A stretch of DNA of 64,000 bases from Eledone cirrhosa (GCA_964016885.1 OZ024740.1:51770001-51834000), one strand, 5' to 3'. Shown: positions 1 through 14,600, counted from the first letter of the stretch. The notes: generated by a model from the letters alone, not told the origin. Made by a program: numbers and translations.

Positions 1-35
1 CAGCCATCTTTGGCTGTGACCTCTTCAGGCAGTCC
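1..35 (-). ncRNA. Partial hammerhead-like motif cut by the window start
   Basis: The minus strand reads CTGAAGA followed by a hairpin (cagcca-aaga-tggctg). The GAAA half would lie outside the window. Confidence 0.35.
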
Positions 36-83
36 GAATTAGTGTGGTAGAGACGAGTACATATATATATATATATATATTAA

Positions 84-305
84 AACACACAGTCCACGCT
101 GTAATGTGGCCGTGTAGGCAACACGGTAAAAACCTCCCAGACCCACACTGTAAATGTGGTTGGTGTTAGGAAGGGCATCCAACTGTAGAAAACCTGCCAG
201 ACAGTCCTATGCGAGCAAGACAATCACTCTTGCTTCAAGTGGGACTACCCCCGTCCAAACCCATGCAAGCGTGGAACACGGACATTAAACGTTGATGATG
301 ATGAT
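84..305 (+). mobile_element. RTE LINE 3' UTR fragment with (GAT)n tail
   Basis: Near-identical to the 3' end of the RTE copy at about 26230-26447; ends in gatgatgatgat. Confidence 0.75.
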
Positions 306-312
306 ATTATAC

Positions 313-1553
313 TTGGGGAGGGTCATATTTGTGTAATATTGCCAGAATTAATAACAGAACACACTCACTGTTTGGTTGGTTTTCGCTTCTGTGAAAGACC
401 CTCATAGAACTGGACATGAAAGGAATTTGCCCATTATACAGGAGCAAATCATGGAATAGCTTAGATAAGGCTAGACATAAGATAGGGAAAGCCACCTCAT
501 GGTACGACAACCAGAGATACCAGAGTGTCATGTTTGTTGACGCTACCTCTGGAGGGAAATTAGCTAACCAGTGTAGAAAGGCCCTGAGAAAGACCCACTT
601 AAAGATTAAGGTGGTAGAAAAGCCAGGAACCACGATAAAATCCCTGATCAGCAAAACCTACCCTTTTAAGAAAACCCACTGTACTAATAGGAAATGTATC
701 ATATGGAAGGTAAACCCCCGGATAAACTGTAAAACTAGAAACGTAGTCTATAGCATAAGATGTACAGAGGGTACTTGCAGAAACATGACAACAACATACA
801 TAGGTGAGGCAGCTCGTAGCATAGGTGAAAGGATAGACCAACACTGGGGGAACTAAAAGGACGAAAAAACGGTTCAGTACTATACGAACATGCCAGACAA
901 CAACACGACGGTAACATAGACAACATAGAAATTAGAATAATATCTAAACATAGAAATGACCCAGCAGAGAGGCCAGTGAAATAGAACTTAGAAGGCCAAG
1001 GCTAAACAGAAAGAATGAATGGAATAACAACAACACCCAAACAAACAACACTGACCCAAGAGAAGTATAAATAAATAAATAGATAAACAAATACATACAC
1101 AAGCACAATAACAACAAACAGATATAAACACACACTAGTAAAGATAGAAGACATTAACCAATACACAGTCACCCAATCACGAACACACATCAAACAAAAC
1201 ACTATACACACGCAAACGCATGCGCAAAGAAGACAAAATAAAATAAACAAATAAATAAATATATAAACAGACTAAATAAAGATGGTGTAGAAAATACAAT
1301 GTAACGGGAGGAAACAATAGCACCACTGACGATGTTGCAGATGTGCAACGAAAGAACTTTGATAAACTATATGTATGACTTTGTGTCTATATTGTATCTG
1401 TATTATTTTTTACCGTTGGTCAATCAATGGCAACATTGAGGACCGAATAAATTAGATTACCAATATAAAAGACACAGAAGCGAAAACCAACCAAACAGTG
1501 AGTGTGTTCTGTTATTAATTCTGGCAATATTACACAAATATGACCCTCCCCAA
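313..1553 (+). mobile_element. 5'-truncated Penelope-like element (GIY-YIG part) with inverted terminal segment
   Basis: ORF 416-856 contains NCKTRNVVYSIRC...TYIGEAARSIGERIDQH (GIY-YIG). Bases 313-393 are the reverse complement of 1473-1553. Homologous to the element at 32400-33590. Confidence 0.85.
1321..1365 (+). ncRNA. Minimal hammerhead ribozyme motif in Penelope-like 3' UTR (stem I degenerate)
   Basis: CTGACGA at 1326-1332, then t-gttgca-gatg-tgcaac, GAAA, gaactt. The same GAAAGAACTT tail occurs in the related motif at 32531-32573. Confidence 0.55.
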
Positions 1554-1807
1554 CAATATTTGTTTCGACACACGATTTCATATCAAAAACCTCGCAAAAC
1601 TAATATATATATATATATATATATACAATATATAAACAGAGAGAGCCTTAAGCGATACTCCGACCAACTCCATCTCACTCAATAAACATTAGGATATACC
1701 TAAGTATTATCCCAATTTAGTGTTTGGGGTGCTAACTAATCAGTATTTCGTGGATAGCTGGTTGTATTATTTTATATGAGACATTATTAAATAAATATCT
1801 CTTTCCT

Positions 1808-1932
1808 TCCAGACGGCCGTTTCGTTATAAGATTTCTACAATTTGGGATAAATAATTTCCAGCTTATGTAGAAACTTGTATATAATCCGTAGTTTTATAC
1901 ACAAGCGGGCACTTATAAACTCATCAGTGAAT
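1808..1932 (-). ncRNA. Hammerhead ribozyme motif with ~80-nt branched insertion in stem II
   Basis: Minus strand: ttca-CTGATGA-gtttataag...cttataac-GAAA-cggccg-TC-tgga. Stem III is palindromic (ACGGCCGT) and the cleavage triplet is GUC. Confidence 0.65.
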
Positions 1933-2155
1933 GCCCAAATAATATCGATATAAGAAACATATCGACATTAATAGAATGGTGATGGTCTCCCTCAGCGCTG
2001 AGAAGAGTCAGGTAGATTAAAAGATCCAGTAGTCCTCCCAAAGATAAAATACACGCTGTCCCCAGACGGGTAAAGGGAGGTAATCTTAAAATAAAACAAT
2101 ATACACGCTGGTCATTTAAACCTGTTAGGTATTAACCACGTGTATAAGAACTCAA

Positions 2156-2286
2156 TTGGATATTAAAAGAATAACCATATGTATACACAACCAAAGCACA
2201 CACAGTTATTAAAATATAATAAATACATGTATGGATCACCCATATGCACACAGCCATTATATATATTTATATATATATATATTTAT

Positions 2287-2318
<32 letters not shown>

Positions 2319-2407
2319 GGATGATCCATACATGTATTTATTATGTTTTAATATCTCTGTGTGTGCTTTGGTTGTGTATACATATGGTTATTCTTTTAAT
2401 ATCCAAT
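2156..2407. repeat. ~90-bp inverted repeat flanking a (TA)n tract; the right arm is fused to the start of the satellite
   Basis: Bases 2156-2243 match the reverse complement of 2316-2407. Confidence 0.8.
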
Positions 2408-2494
2408 GCTCGGTGTGTTTGTAAACAAACATCCCGTATTAAGCCGTAGTGTCCAGCAAGCATCGTTGCTCGTTTATTCAACACTGACAAAGGA

Positions 2495-2537
2495 ACTCTG
2501 TACTAGTTTCAAGCTTATTAGCTATCGTCAGCAACGT
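2495..2537 (-). ncRNA. Type I hammerhead ribozyme of the first satellite unit (repeated in every unit)
   Basis: Minus strand: acgttg-CTGACGA-t-agct-aata-agct-t-GAAA-ctag-TA-cagagt. Many later units have cagcgt, which gives a fully paired stem I. Confidence 0.85.
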
Positions 2538-2611
2538 ATACGTTCCTGCCAGATGGTAGAACGTCTGAAAGTATAAACTTTCCTTATGCACATTATCGGC
2601 TGAGCAGCCTA

Positions 2612-2619
2612 ATTTGCAT
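2612..2619 (-). promoter_or_regulatory. Octamer motif ATGCAAAT (present in each satellite unit)
   Basis: ATTTGCAT on the plus strand in essentially all units and ATGCAAAT in the dispersed copy near 40016. Function is untested. Confidence 0.4.
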
Positions 2620-5600
2620 ATCGAGTGAGTTAATCGGCCGGGGTACCGAAAACGATAAACGGAAAAAATGAAACAAAATTTCATTTCCCACTCTTAGTAC
2701 GGCTGTTACTTAAATATAAGTATGTATACGTACATACATATATGTATACAGACGTACAGTAGTATGTATATATATATACATACATGCACACATATATATA
2801 TGTACGTATGGATTCACCGAGCATTTATTACAATGCTCGGTGTGTTTGTAAACAAACATCCCGTATTAAGCCGTAGTGTCCAGCAACCATCGTTGCTCGT
2901 TTATTCAACACTGACAAAGGAACTCTGTACTAGTTTCAAGCTTATTAGCTATCGTCAGCAACGTATACCTTCTTGCCAGATGGTAGAACGTCTGTAAGTA
3001 TAAACTTTCCTGATGCACATTAACGGCTCAGCAGCCTAATTTGCATATCGAGTGAGTCAATCGGCCGGGGTACCGAAAACGATAAACGGAAAAAATGAAA
3101 CGAAATTTGATTTCCCACTCTTAGTACGGCTGTTAGTTAAATATAAGTATGTATACAGACGTACTGTAGTATGTATATATATATACATACATGCACACAT
3201 ATATATATGTACGTATGGATTCACCGAGCATTTATTACAATGCTCGGTGTGTTTGTAAACAAACATCCCGTATTAAGCCGTAGTGTCCAGCAACCATCGC
3301 TGCTCGTTTATTCAACACTGACAAAGGAACTCTGTACTAGTTTCAAGCTTATTAGCTATCGTCAGCAACGTATACCTTCCTGCCAGATGGTAGAACGTCT
3401 GAAAGTATAAACTTTCCTTATGCACATTAACGGCTGAGCAGCCTAATTTGCATATCGAGTGAGTTAATCGGCCGGGGTACCGAAAACGATAAACGGAAAA
3501 AATGAAACGAAATTTCATTTCCCACTCTTAGTACAGCTGTTACTTAAATATAAGTATGTATACGTACATACATATATGTATACAGACGTACAGTAGTATG
3601 TATATATATATATACATACATGCACACATATATATATGTACGTATGGATTCACCGAACATTTATTACAATGCTCGGTGTGTTTGTAAACAAACATCCCGT
3701 ATTAAGCCGTAGTGTCCAGCAAGCATCGTTGCTCGTTTATTCAACACTGACAAAGGAACTCTGTACTAGTTTCAAGCTTATTAGCTATCGTCAGCAAAGT
3801 ATACCTTCCTGCCAGATGGTAGAACGTCTGAAAGTATAAACTTTCCTTATGCACATTAACGGCTGAGCAGCCTAATTTGCATATCGAGTGAGTTAATCAG
3901 CCGGGGTACCGAAAACGATAAACGGAAAAAATGAAACGAAATTTCATTTCCCACTCTTAGTACGGATGTTACTTAAATATAAGTATGTATACGGACATAC
4001 ATATATGTATACAGACGTACAGTAGTATGTATATATATATACATACATGCACACATATATATATGTACGTATGGATTCATCGAACATTTATTACAATGCT
4101 CGGTGTGTTTGTAAACAAACATCCCGTATTAAGCCGTAGTGTCCAGCAACCATCGCTGCTCGTTTATTCAACACTGACAAAGGAACTCTGTACTAGTTTC
4201 AAGCTTATTAGCTATCGTCAGCAACGTATACCTTCCTGCCAGATGGTAGAACGGCTGAAAGTATAAACTTTCCTTATGCACATTAACGGCTGAGCAGCCT
4301 AATTTGCATATCGAGTGAGTTAATCGGCCGGGGTGCCGGAAACGATAAACGGAAAAAATGAAACGAAATTTCATTTCCCACTCTTAGTACAGCTGTTACT
4401 TAAATATAAGTATGTATACGTACATACATATATGTATACAGACGTACAGTAGTATGTATATATATATACATACATGCACACATATATATATGTACGTATG
4501 GATTCACCGAACATTTATTACAATGCTCGGTGTGTTTGTAAACAAACATCCCGTATTAAGCCGTAGTGTCCAGCAAGCATCGTTGCTCGTTTATTCAACA
4601 CTGACAAAGGAACTCTGTACTAGTTTCAAGCTTATTAGCTATCGTCAGCAAATTATACCTTCCTGCCAGATGGTAGAACGTCTGAAAGTATAAACTTTCC
4701 TTATGCACATTAACGGGTCAGCAGCCTAATTTGCATATCGAGTGAGTTAATCAGCCGGGGTACCGAAAACGATAAACGGAAAAAATGAAACGAAATTTCA
4801 TTTCCCACTCTTAGTACGGATGTTACTTAAATATAAGTATGTATACGGACATACATATATGTATACAGACGTAAAGTAGTATGTATATATATATACATAC
4901 ATGCACACATATATATATGTACGTATGGATTCATCGAACATTTATTACAATGCTCGGTGTGTTTGTAAACAAACATCCCGTATTAAGCTGTAGTGTCCAG
5001 CAACCATAGTTGCTCGTTTATACAACACTGACAAAGGAACGCTGTACTAGTTTCAAGCTTATTAGCTATCGTCAGCAACGTATACCTTCCTGCCAGATGG
5101 TTGAACGTCTGAAAGTATAAACTTTCCTTATGCACATTAACGGCTGAACAGCTTAATTTGCATATTGAGTGAGTTAATCGGCCGGGGTACCGAAAACGAT
5201 AAACGGAAAAAAATGAATCGAAATTTCATTTCCCACTCTTAGTACGGCTGTTACTTAAATATAAGTATGTATACGTACATACGTATATGTATACAGACGT
5301 ACAGTAGTATGTATATGTATATACATACATGCACACATATGTATAATTACTTATGGATTCACCGAGCATTTATTACAATGCTCGGTGTGTTTGTAAACAA
5401 ACATCCCGTATTAAGCCGTAGTGTCCAGCAACCATAGTTGCTCGTTTATTCAACACTGACAAAGGAACGCTGTACTAGTTTCAAGCTTGTTAGCTATCGT
5501 CAGCAACTTATACCTTCCAGCCAGGTGGTTGAACGTCTGAAAGTATAAACTTTCCTTATGCACATTAACGGCTGAACAGCCTAATTTGCATATCGAGTGG

Positions 5601-8600
5601 GTCAATCGGCCTGGGTACCGAAACGATAAACGCAAAAAATGAAACGAAATTTCATTTCCCACTCTTAGTACGGCTATTACTTAAATATAAGTATGTATAC
5701 GTACATACATATATGTATACAGACGTACAGTAGTATGTATATATATATACATACATGCACACGTATATATATGTACGTATGGATTCACCGAACATTTATT
5801 ACAATGCTCGGTGTGTTTGTAAACAAACATCCCGTATTAAGCCGTAGTCTCCAGCAACCATCGTTGCTCGTTTATACAACACTGACAAAGGAACGCTGTA
5901 CTAGTTTCAAGCTTATTAGCTATCGTCAGCAACGTATACCTTCCTGCCAGATGGTTGAACGTCTGAAAGTATAAACTTTCCTTATGCACATTAGCGGCTG
6001 AACAGCTTAATTTGCATATCGAGTGAGTTAATCGACCGGGGTACCGAAAACGATAAACGGAAAAAAATGAAACGAAATTTCATTTCCCACTATTAGTACG
6101 GCTGTTACTTAAATATAAGTATGTATACGTACATACATATATGTATACAGACGTACAGTAGTATGTATATATATATACATACCTGCACACATATATATAT
6201 GTACGTATGGATTCACCGAGCATTTATTACAATGCTCGGTGTGTTTGTAAACAAACATCCCGTATTAAGCCGTAGTGTCCAGCAACCATCGTTGCTCGTT
6301 TATTCAACACTGACAAAGGAATTCTGTACTAGTTTCAAGCTTATTAGCTATCGTCAGCAACGTATACCTTCTTGCCAGATGGTAGAACGTCTGAAAGTAT
6401 AAACTTTCCTGATGCACATTAACGGCTCAGAAGCCTAATTTGCATATCGAGTGAGTTAATCGGCCAGGGTACCGAAAACGATAAACGGAAAAAGTGAAAC
6501 GAAATTTGATTTCCCACTCTTAGTACGGCTGTTACTTAAATATAAGTATGTATACAGAAGTACTGTAGTATGTATATATATATACATACATGCACACATA
6601 TATATATGTACGTATGGATTCACCGAACATTTATTACAATGCTCGGTGTGTTTGTAAACAAACATCCCGTATTAAGCCGTAGTGTCCAGCAACCATCGTT
6701 GCTCATTTATTCAACACTGACAAAGGAACTCTGTACTAGTTTCAAGCTTATTAGCTATCGTCAGTAACGTATACCTTCCTGCCAGATGGTAGAACGTCTG
6801 AAAGTATAAACTTTCCTTATGAACATTAACGGCTGAGCAGCCTAATTTGCATATCGAGTTAGTTAATCGGCCAGGGCACCGAAAACGATAAACGGCAAAA
6901 ATGAAACGAAATTTCATTTCCCACTCTTAGTACGGCTGTTACTTAAATATAAGTATGTATACGGACATACATATATGTATACAGACGTACAGTAGTATGT
7001 ATATATATATACATACATGCACACATATATATATGTACGTATGGATTCACCGAACATTTATTACAATGCTCGGTGTGTTTGTAAACAAACATCCCGTATT
7101 AAGCCGTAGTGTCCAGCAACCATCGTTGATCGTTTATTCAACACTGACAAAGGAACGCTGTACTAGTTTCAAGCTTATTAGCTATCGTCAGCAACGTATA
7201 TTTTCCTGCCAGATGGTTGAACGTCTGAAAGTATAAACTTTCCTTATGCACATTAACGGCTGAACAGCCTAATTTGCATATCGAGTGAGTTAATCGGCCG
7301 CCGTACCGAAAACGATAAACAGAAAAAATGAAACGAAATTTCATTTCCCACTCTTAGTACGGCTGTTACTTAAATATAAGTATGTATACGTACATACATA
7401 TATGTATACAGACGTACAGTAGCATGTATATATATATAGATACATGCACACAAATATATTTATGTACGTATGGATTCACCGAGCATTTATTACAATGCTC
7501 AGTGTGTTTGTAAACAAACATCCCGTATTAAGCCGTAGTTTCCAGCAACCATCGTTGCTCGTTTATTCAACACTGACAAAAGAAAGCTGTACCAGTTTCA
7601 AGCTTATTAGCTATCGTGAGCAACGTATACCTTCCTGCCAGATGGTTGAACGTCTGAAAGTATAAACTTTCCTCATGCACATTAACGGCTGAACAGCCTA
7701 ATTTGCATATCGAGTGAGTTAATCGGCCGCCGTTCCGAAAACGATAAACGGAAAAAATGAAAAGAAATTTCATTTCCCACTCTTAGTACGGCTGTTACTT
7801 AAATATAAGTATGTATACTTACATACATATATGTATACAGACGTACAGTTGTATGTATATATATATATACATACATGTACACACATATATATATATGTAC
7901 GTATGGATTCACAGAGCATTTATCACAATGCTCTGTGGGTTTGTAAACAAACATCCCGTATTAAGCCGTAGTGTCCAGCAACCATCGTTATCGTTTATTC
8001 AACACTGACAAAGGAAAGCTGTACTAGTTTCAAGCTTATTAGCTATCGTCAGCAACGTATACTTTGCTGCCAGATGGTTGAACGTCTGAAAGTATAAACT
8101 TTCCTTATGCACATTAACGGCTGAATAGCCTAATTTGCATATCGAGTGAGTTAATCGGCCGGGGTACCGAAAACGATAAACGGAAAAAAATGAAACGAAA
8201 TTTCATTTCCCACTCTTAGTACGGCTGTTACTAAAATATAACTATGTATACGTACATACATATATGTATACAGACGTACAGTAGTATGTATATATATATA
8301 CATACATGCACACATATATATATATATGTACGTATGGATTCATCGAACATTTATTACAATGCTCGGTGTGTTTGTAAACAAACATCCCGTATTAAGCCGT
8401 AGTGTCCAGCAACCATCTTTGCTCGTTTATTCAACACTGACAAAGGAACGCTGTACTAGTTTCAAGCTTATTAGCTATCGTCAGCAATGTATACCTTCCT
8501 GCCAGATGGTTGAACGTCTGAAAGTATAAACTTTCCTTATGCACATTAACGGCTGAACAGCCTAATTTGCATATCGAGTGAGTTAATCGGCCGCCGTACC

Positions 8601-11600
8601 GAAAACGATAAACGGAAAAAATGAAACGAAATTTCATTTCCCACTCTAAGTATGTATACGTACATACATATATGTATACAGACGTACAGTACCATGTATA
8701 TATATATACATACATGCACACAAATATATTTATGTACGTATGGATTCACCGAGCATTTATTACAATGCTCAGTGTGTTTGTAAACAAACATCCCGTATTA
8801 AGCCGTAGTTTCCAGCAACCATCGTTGTTCGTTTATTCAACACTGACAAAAGAAAGCTGTACTAGTTTCAAGCTTATTAGCTATCGTCAGCAACGTATAC
8901 CTTTCTGCCAGATGGTTGAATGTCTGAAAGTATAAACTTTCCTTATGCACATTAACGGATGAACAGCTTAATTTGCATATCGAGTTTGTTAATCGGCCGG
9001 GGTACCGAAACGATAAACGCAAAAAATGAAACGAAATCTCATTTCCCACTCTTAGTACGGCTGTTACTTAAATATAAGTATGTATACGTACATACATATA
9101 TGTATACAGACGTAGAGTAGTATGTATATATATATATACATACATGCACACATATATATATGTACGTATGGATTCACCGAACATTCATTACAATGCTCGC
9201 TGTGTTTGTAAACAAACATCCCGTATTAAGCCGTAGTGTCCAGCAACCATCGTTGCTCGTTAATTCAACACTGACAAAGGAACTCTGTACTAGTTTCAAG
9301 CTTATTAGCTATCGTCAGCAACGTATACCTTCCTGCCAGATGGTTGAACGTCTGAAAGTATAAACTTTCCTTATGTACATTAACGGATGAACAGCTTAAT
9401 TTGCATATCGAGTTTTTAAATCGGCCGGGGTACCGAAAACGATAAATGGAAAAAATGAAACGAAATTTCATTTGCCACTCTTAGTACGGCTGTTACTTAA
9501 ATATAAGTATGTATACGTACATACATATATGTATACAGACGTACAGTAGTATGTATATATATATATATACATGCACACATATATATATGTACGTATGGAT
9601 TCACAGAACATTTATTACAATGTTCGGTGTGTTTGTAAACAAACATCCCGTATTAAGCCGTAGTGTCCAGCAACCATCTTTGCTCGTTTTTTCAACACTG
9701 ACAAAGGAACTCTGTACTAGTTTCAAGATTATTAGCTATCGTCAGCAACGTATACCTTCCTGCCAGATGGTAGAACGTCTGAAAGTATAAACTTTCCTTA
9801 TGCACATTAACGGCTGAGCAGCCTAATTTGCATATCGAGTTTGTTAATCGGCCGGGGTACCGAAAACGATAAATGAACAAAAATGAAACGAAATTTCATT
9901 TCCCACTCTTAGTACGGCTGTTACTTAAATATAACTATGTATACGTACATACATATATGTATACAGACGTACAGTAGTATGTATATATATATACATACAT
10001 GCACACATATATATATATGTACGTATGGATTCATCGAACATTTATTACAATGCTCGGTGTGTTTGTAAACAAACATCCCGTATTAAGCCGTAGTGTCCAG
10101 CAACCATCGTTGCTCGTTTATTCAACACTGACAAAGGAACGCTGTACTAGTTTCAAGCTTATTAGCTATCGTCAGCAACGTATACCTTCCTGCCAGATGG
10201 TTGAACGTCTGAAAGTATAAACTTTCCTTATGCACATTAACGGCTGAACAGCCTAATTTGCATATCGAGTGAGTTAATCGGCCGCCGTACCGAAAACGAT
10301 AAACGGAAAAAATGAAACGAAATTTCATTTCCCACTCTAAGTATGTATACGTACATACATATATGTATACAGACGTACAGTACCATGTATATATATATAC
10401 ATACATGCACACAAGTATATTTATGTACGTATGGATTCACCGAGCATTTATTACAATGCTCAGTGTGTTTGTAAACAAACATCCCGTATTAAGCCGTAGT
10501 TTCCAGCAACCATCGTTGTTCGTTTATTCAACACTGACAAAAGAAAGCTTTACTAGTTTCAAGCTTATTAGCTATCGTGAGCAACGTATACCTTCCTGCC
10601 AGATGGTTGAAAGTCTGAAAGTATAAACTTTCCTTATGCACATTAACGGCTGAACAGCCTAATTTGCATGTCGAGTTTGTTAATCGGCCGGGGTACCGAA
10701 AACGATAAGCGGAAAAAATGAAACGAAATTTCATTTCCCACTCTTAGTACGGCTGTTACTTAAATATAAGTATGTATACGTACATACATATATGTATACA
10801 GACGTACAGTTGTATGTATATATATATATACATACATGTACACATATATATATATGTACGTATGGATTCACAGAGCATTTATTACAATGCTCGGTGTGTT
10901 TGTAAACAAACATCCCGTATTAAGCCGTAGTGTCCAGCAACCATCGTTGCTCGTTTATTCAACACTGACAAAGGAACGCTGTACTAGTTTCAAGCTTATT
11001 AGCTATCGTCAGCAACGTATACCTTTCTGCCAGATGGTTGAATGTCTGAAAGTATAAACTTTCCTTATGCACATTAACGGCTGAACAGCCTAATTTGCAT
11101 ATCGAGTGAGTTAATCGGCCGCCGTACCGAAAACGATAAACTGAAAAAATGAAACGAAATTTCATTTGCCACTCTTAGTACGGCTGTTACTTAAATATAA
11201 GTATGTATACGTACATACATATATGTATACAGACGTATAGTAGTATGTATATATATATACATACATGCACACATATATATATATGTACGTATGGATTCAC
11301 CGAACATTTATTACAATGATCGGTGTGTTTGTAAACAAACATCCCGTATTAAGCCGTAGTGTCCAGCAACCATCGTTGCTCGTTTATTCAACACTGACAA
11401 AGGAACGCTGTACTAGTTTCAAGCTTATTAGCTATCGTCAGCAACGTATACCTTTCTGCCAGATGGTTGAATGTCTGAAAGTATAAACTTTCCTTATGCA
11501 CATTAACGGCTGAACAGCCTAATTTGCATATCGAGTGAGTTAATCGGCCGCCGTACCGAAAACGATAAACGGAAAAAATGAAACGAAATTTCATTTCCCA

Positions 11601-14600
11601 CTCTTAGTACGGCTGTTACTTAAATATAAGTATGTATACGTACATACATATATGTATACAGACGTACAGTAGCATGTATATATATATAGATACATGCACA
11701 CAAATATATTTATGTACGTATGGATTCACCGAGCATTTATTACAATGCTCAGTGTGTTTGTAAACAAATATCCCGTATTAAGCCGTAGTTTCCAGCAACC
11801 ATCGTTGCTCGTTTATTCAACACTGACAAAAGAAAGCTGTACTAGTTTCAAGCTTATTAGCTATCGTGAGCAACGTATACCTTCCTGCCAGATGGTTGAA
11901 AGTCTGAAAGTATAAACTTTCCTTATGCACATTAACGGCTGAACAGCCTAATTTGCATATCGAGTGAGTTAATCGGCCGGGGTACCGAAAACGATAAATG
12001 GAAAAACTGAAACGAAATTTCATTTCCCACTCTTAGTACGGCTGTTACTTAAATATAAGTATGTATACGTACATACATATATGTATACAGACGTACAGTT
12101 GTATGTATATATATATATACATACATGTACACACATATATATATGTACGTATGGATTCACAGAGCATTTATTACAATGCTCGGTGTGTTTGTAAACAAAC
12201 ATCCCGTATTAAGCCGTAGTGTCCAGCAACCATCGTTATCGTTTATTCAACACTGACAAAGGAAAGCTGTACTAGTTTCAAGCCTATTAGCTATCGTCAG
12301 CAACGTATACCTTCCTGCCAGATGGTTGAACGTCTGAAAGTATAAACTTTCCTCATGCACATTAACGGATGAACAGCCTAATTTGCATATCGAGTGAGTT
12401 AATCGGCCGCCGTACCGAAAACGATAAACGGAAAAAATGAAAAGAAATTTCATTTCCCACTCTTAGTACGGCTGTTACTTAAATATAAGTATGTATACTT
12501 ACATACATATATGTATACAGACGTACAGTTGTATGTATATATATATATACATACATGTACACACATATATATATATGTACGTATGGATTCACAGAGCATT
12601 TATCACAATGCTCGGTGGGTTTGTAAACAAACATCCCGTATTAAGCCGTAGTGTCCAGCAACCATCGTTATCGTTTATTCAACACTGACAAAGGAAAGCT
12701 GTACTAGTTTCAAGCTTATTAGCTATCGTCAGCAACGTATACTTTGCTGCCAGATGGTTGAACGTCTGAAAGTATAAACTTTCCTTATGCACATTAACGG
12801 CTGAACAGCCTAATTTGCATATCGAGTGAGTTAATCGGCCGCCGTACCGAAAACGATAAACGGAAAAAATGAAAAGAAATTTCATTTCCCACTCTTAGTA
12901 CGGCTGTTACTTAAATATAAGTATGTATACGTACATACATATATGTATACAGACGTACAGTACCATGTATATATATATAGATACATGCACACAAATATAT
13001 TTATGTACGTATGGATTCACCGAGCATTTATTACAATGCTCAGTGTGTTTGTAAACAAACATCCAGTATTAAGCCGTAGTTTCCAGCAACCATCGTTGCT
13101 CGTTTATTCAACACTGACAAAAGAAAGCTGTACTAGTTTCAAGCTTATTAGCTATCGTGAGCAACGTATACCTTCCTGCCAGATGGTTGAAAGTCTGAAA
13201 GTATAAACTTTCCTTATGCACATTAACGGCTGAACAGCCTAATTTGCATATCGAGTGAGTTAATCGGCCGGGGTACCGAAAACGATAAATGGAAAAACTG
13301 AAACGAAATTTCATTTCCCACTCTTAGTACGGCTGTTACTTAAATATAAGTATGTATACGTACATACATATATGTATACAGACGTATAGTAGTATGTATA
13401 TATATATACATACATGCACACATATATATATGTACGTATGGATTCACCGAACATTTATTACAATGATCGGTGTGTTTGTAAACAAACATCCCGTATTAAG
13501 CCGTAGTGTCCAGCAACCATAGTTGCTCGTTTATTCAACACTGACAAAGGAACGCTGTACTAGTTTCAAGCTTATTAGCTATCGTCAGCAACGTATACCT
13601 TTCTGCCAGATGGTTGAATGTCTGAAAGTATAAACTTTCCTTATGCACATTAACGGATGAACAGCTTAATTTGCATATCGAGTTTTTAAATCGGCCGGGG
13701 TACCGAAAACGATAAATGGAAAAAATGAAACGAAATTTCATTTGCCACTCTTAGTACGGCTGTTACTTAAATATAAGTATGTATACGTACATACATATAT
13801 GTATACAGACGTACAGTAGTATGTATATATATATATATACATGCACACATATATATATGTACGTATGGATTCACAGAACATTTATTACAATGTTCGGTGT
13901 GTTTGTAAACAAACATCCCGTATTAAGCCGTAGTGTCCAGCAACCATCTTTGCTCGTTTATTCAACACTGACAAAGGAACTCTGTACTAGTTTCAAGATT
14001 ATTAGCTATCGTCAGCAACGTATACCTTCCTGCCAGATGGTAGAACGTCTGAAAGTATAAACTTTCCTTATGCACATTAACGGCTGAGCAGCCTAATTTG
14101 CATATCGAGTTTGTTAATCGGCCGGGGTACCGAAAACGATAAACGAACAAAAATGAAACGAAATTTCATTTCCCACTCTTAGTACGGCTGTTACTTAAAT
14201 ATAACTATGTATACGTACATACATATATGTATACAGACGTACAGTAGTATGTATATATATATACATACATGCACACATATATATATATGTACGTATGGAT
14301 TCATCGAACATTTATTACAATGCTCGGTGTGTTTGTAAACAAACATCCCGTATTAAGCCGTAGTGTCCAGCAACCATCGTTGCTCGTTTATTCAACACTG
14401 ACAAAGGAACACTGTACTAGTTTCAAGCTTATTAGCTATCGTCAGCAACGTATACCTTCCTGCCAGATGGTTGAACGTCTGAAAGTATAAACTTTCCTTA
14501 TGCACATTAACGGCTGAGCAGCCTAATTTGCATATCGATTGAGTTAATCGGCCGGGGTACCGAAAACGATGAACGGAAAAAATGAAACGAAATTTCATTT

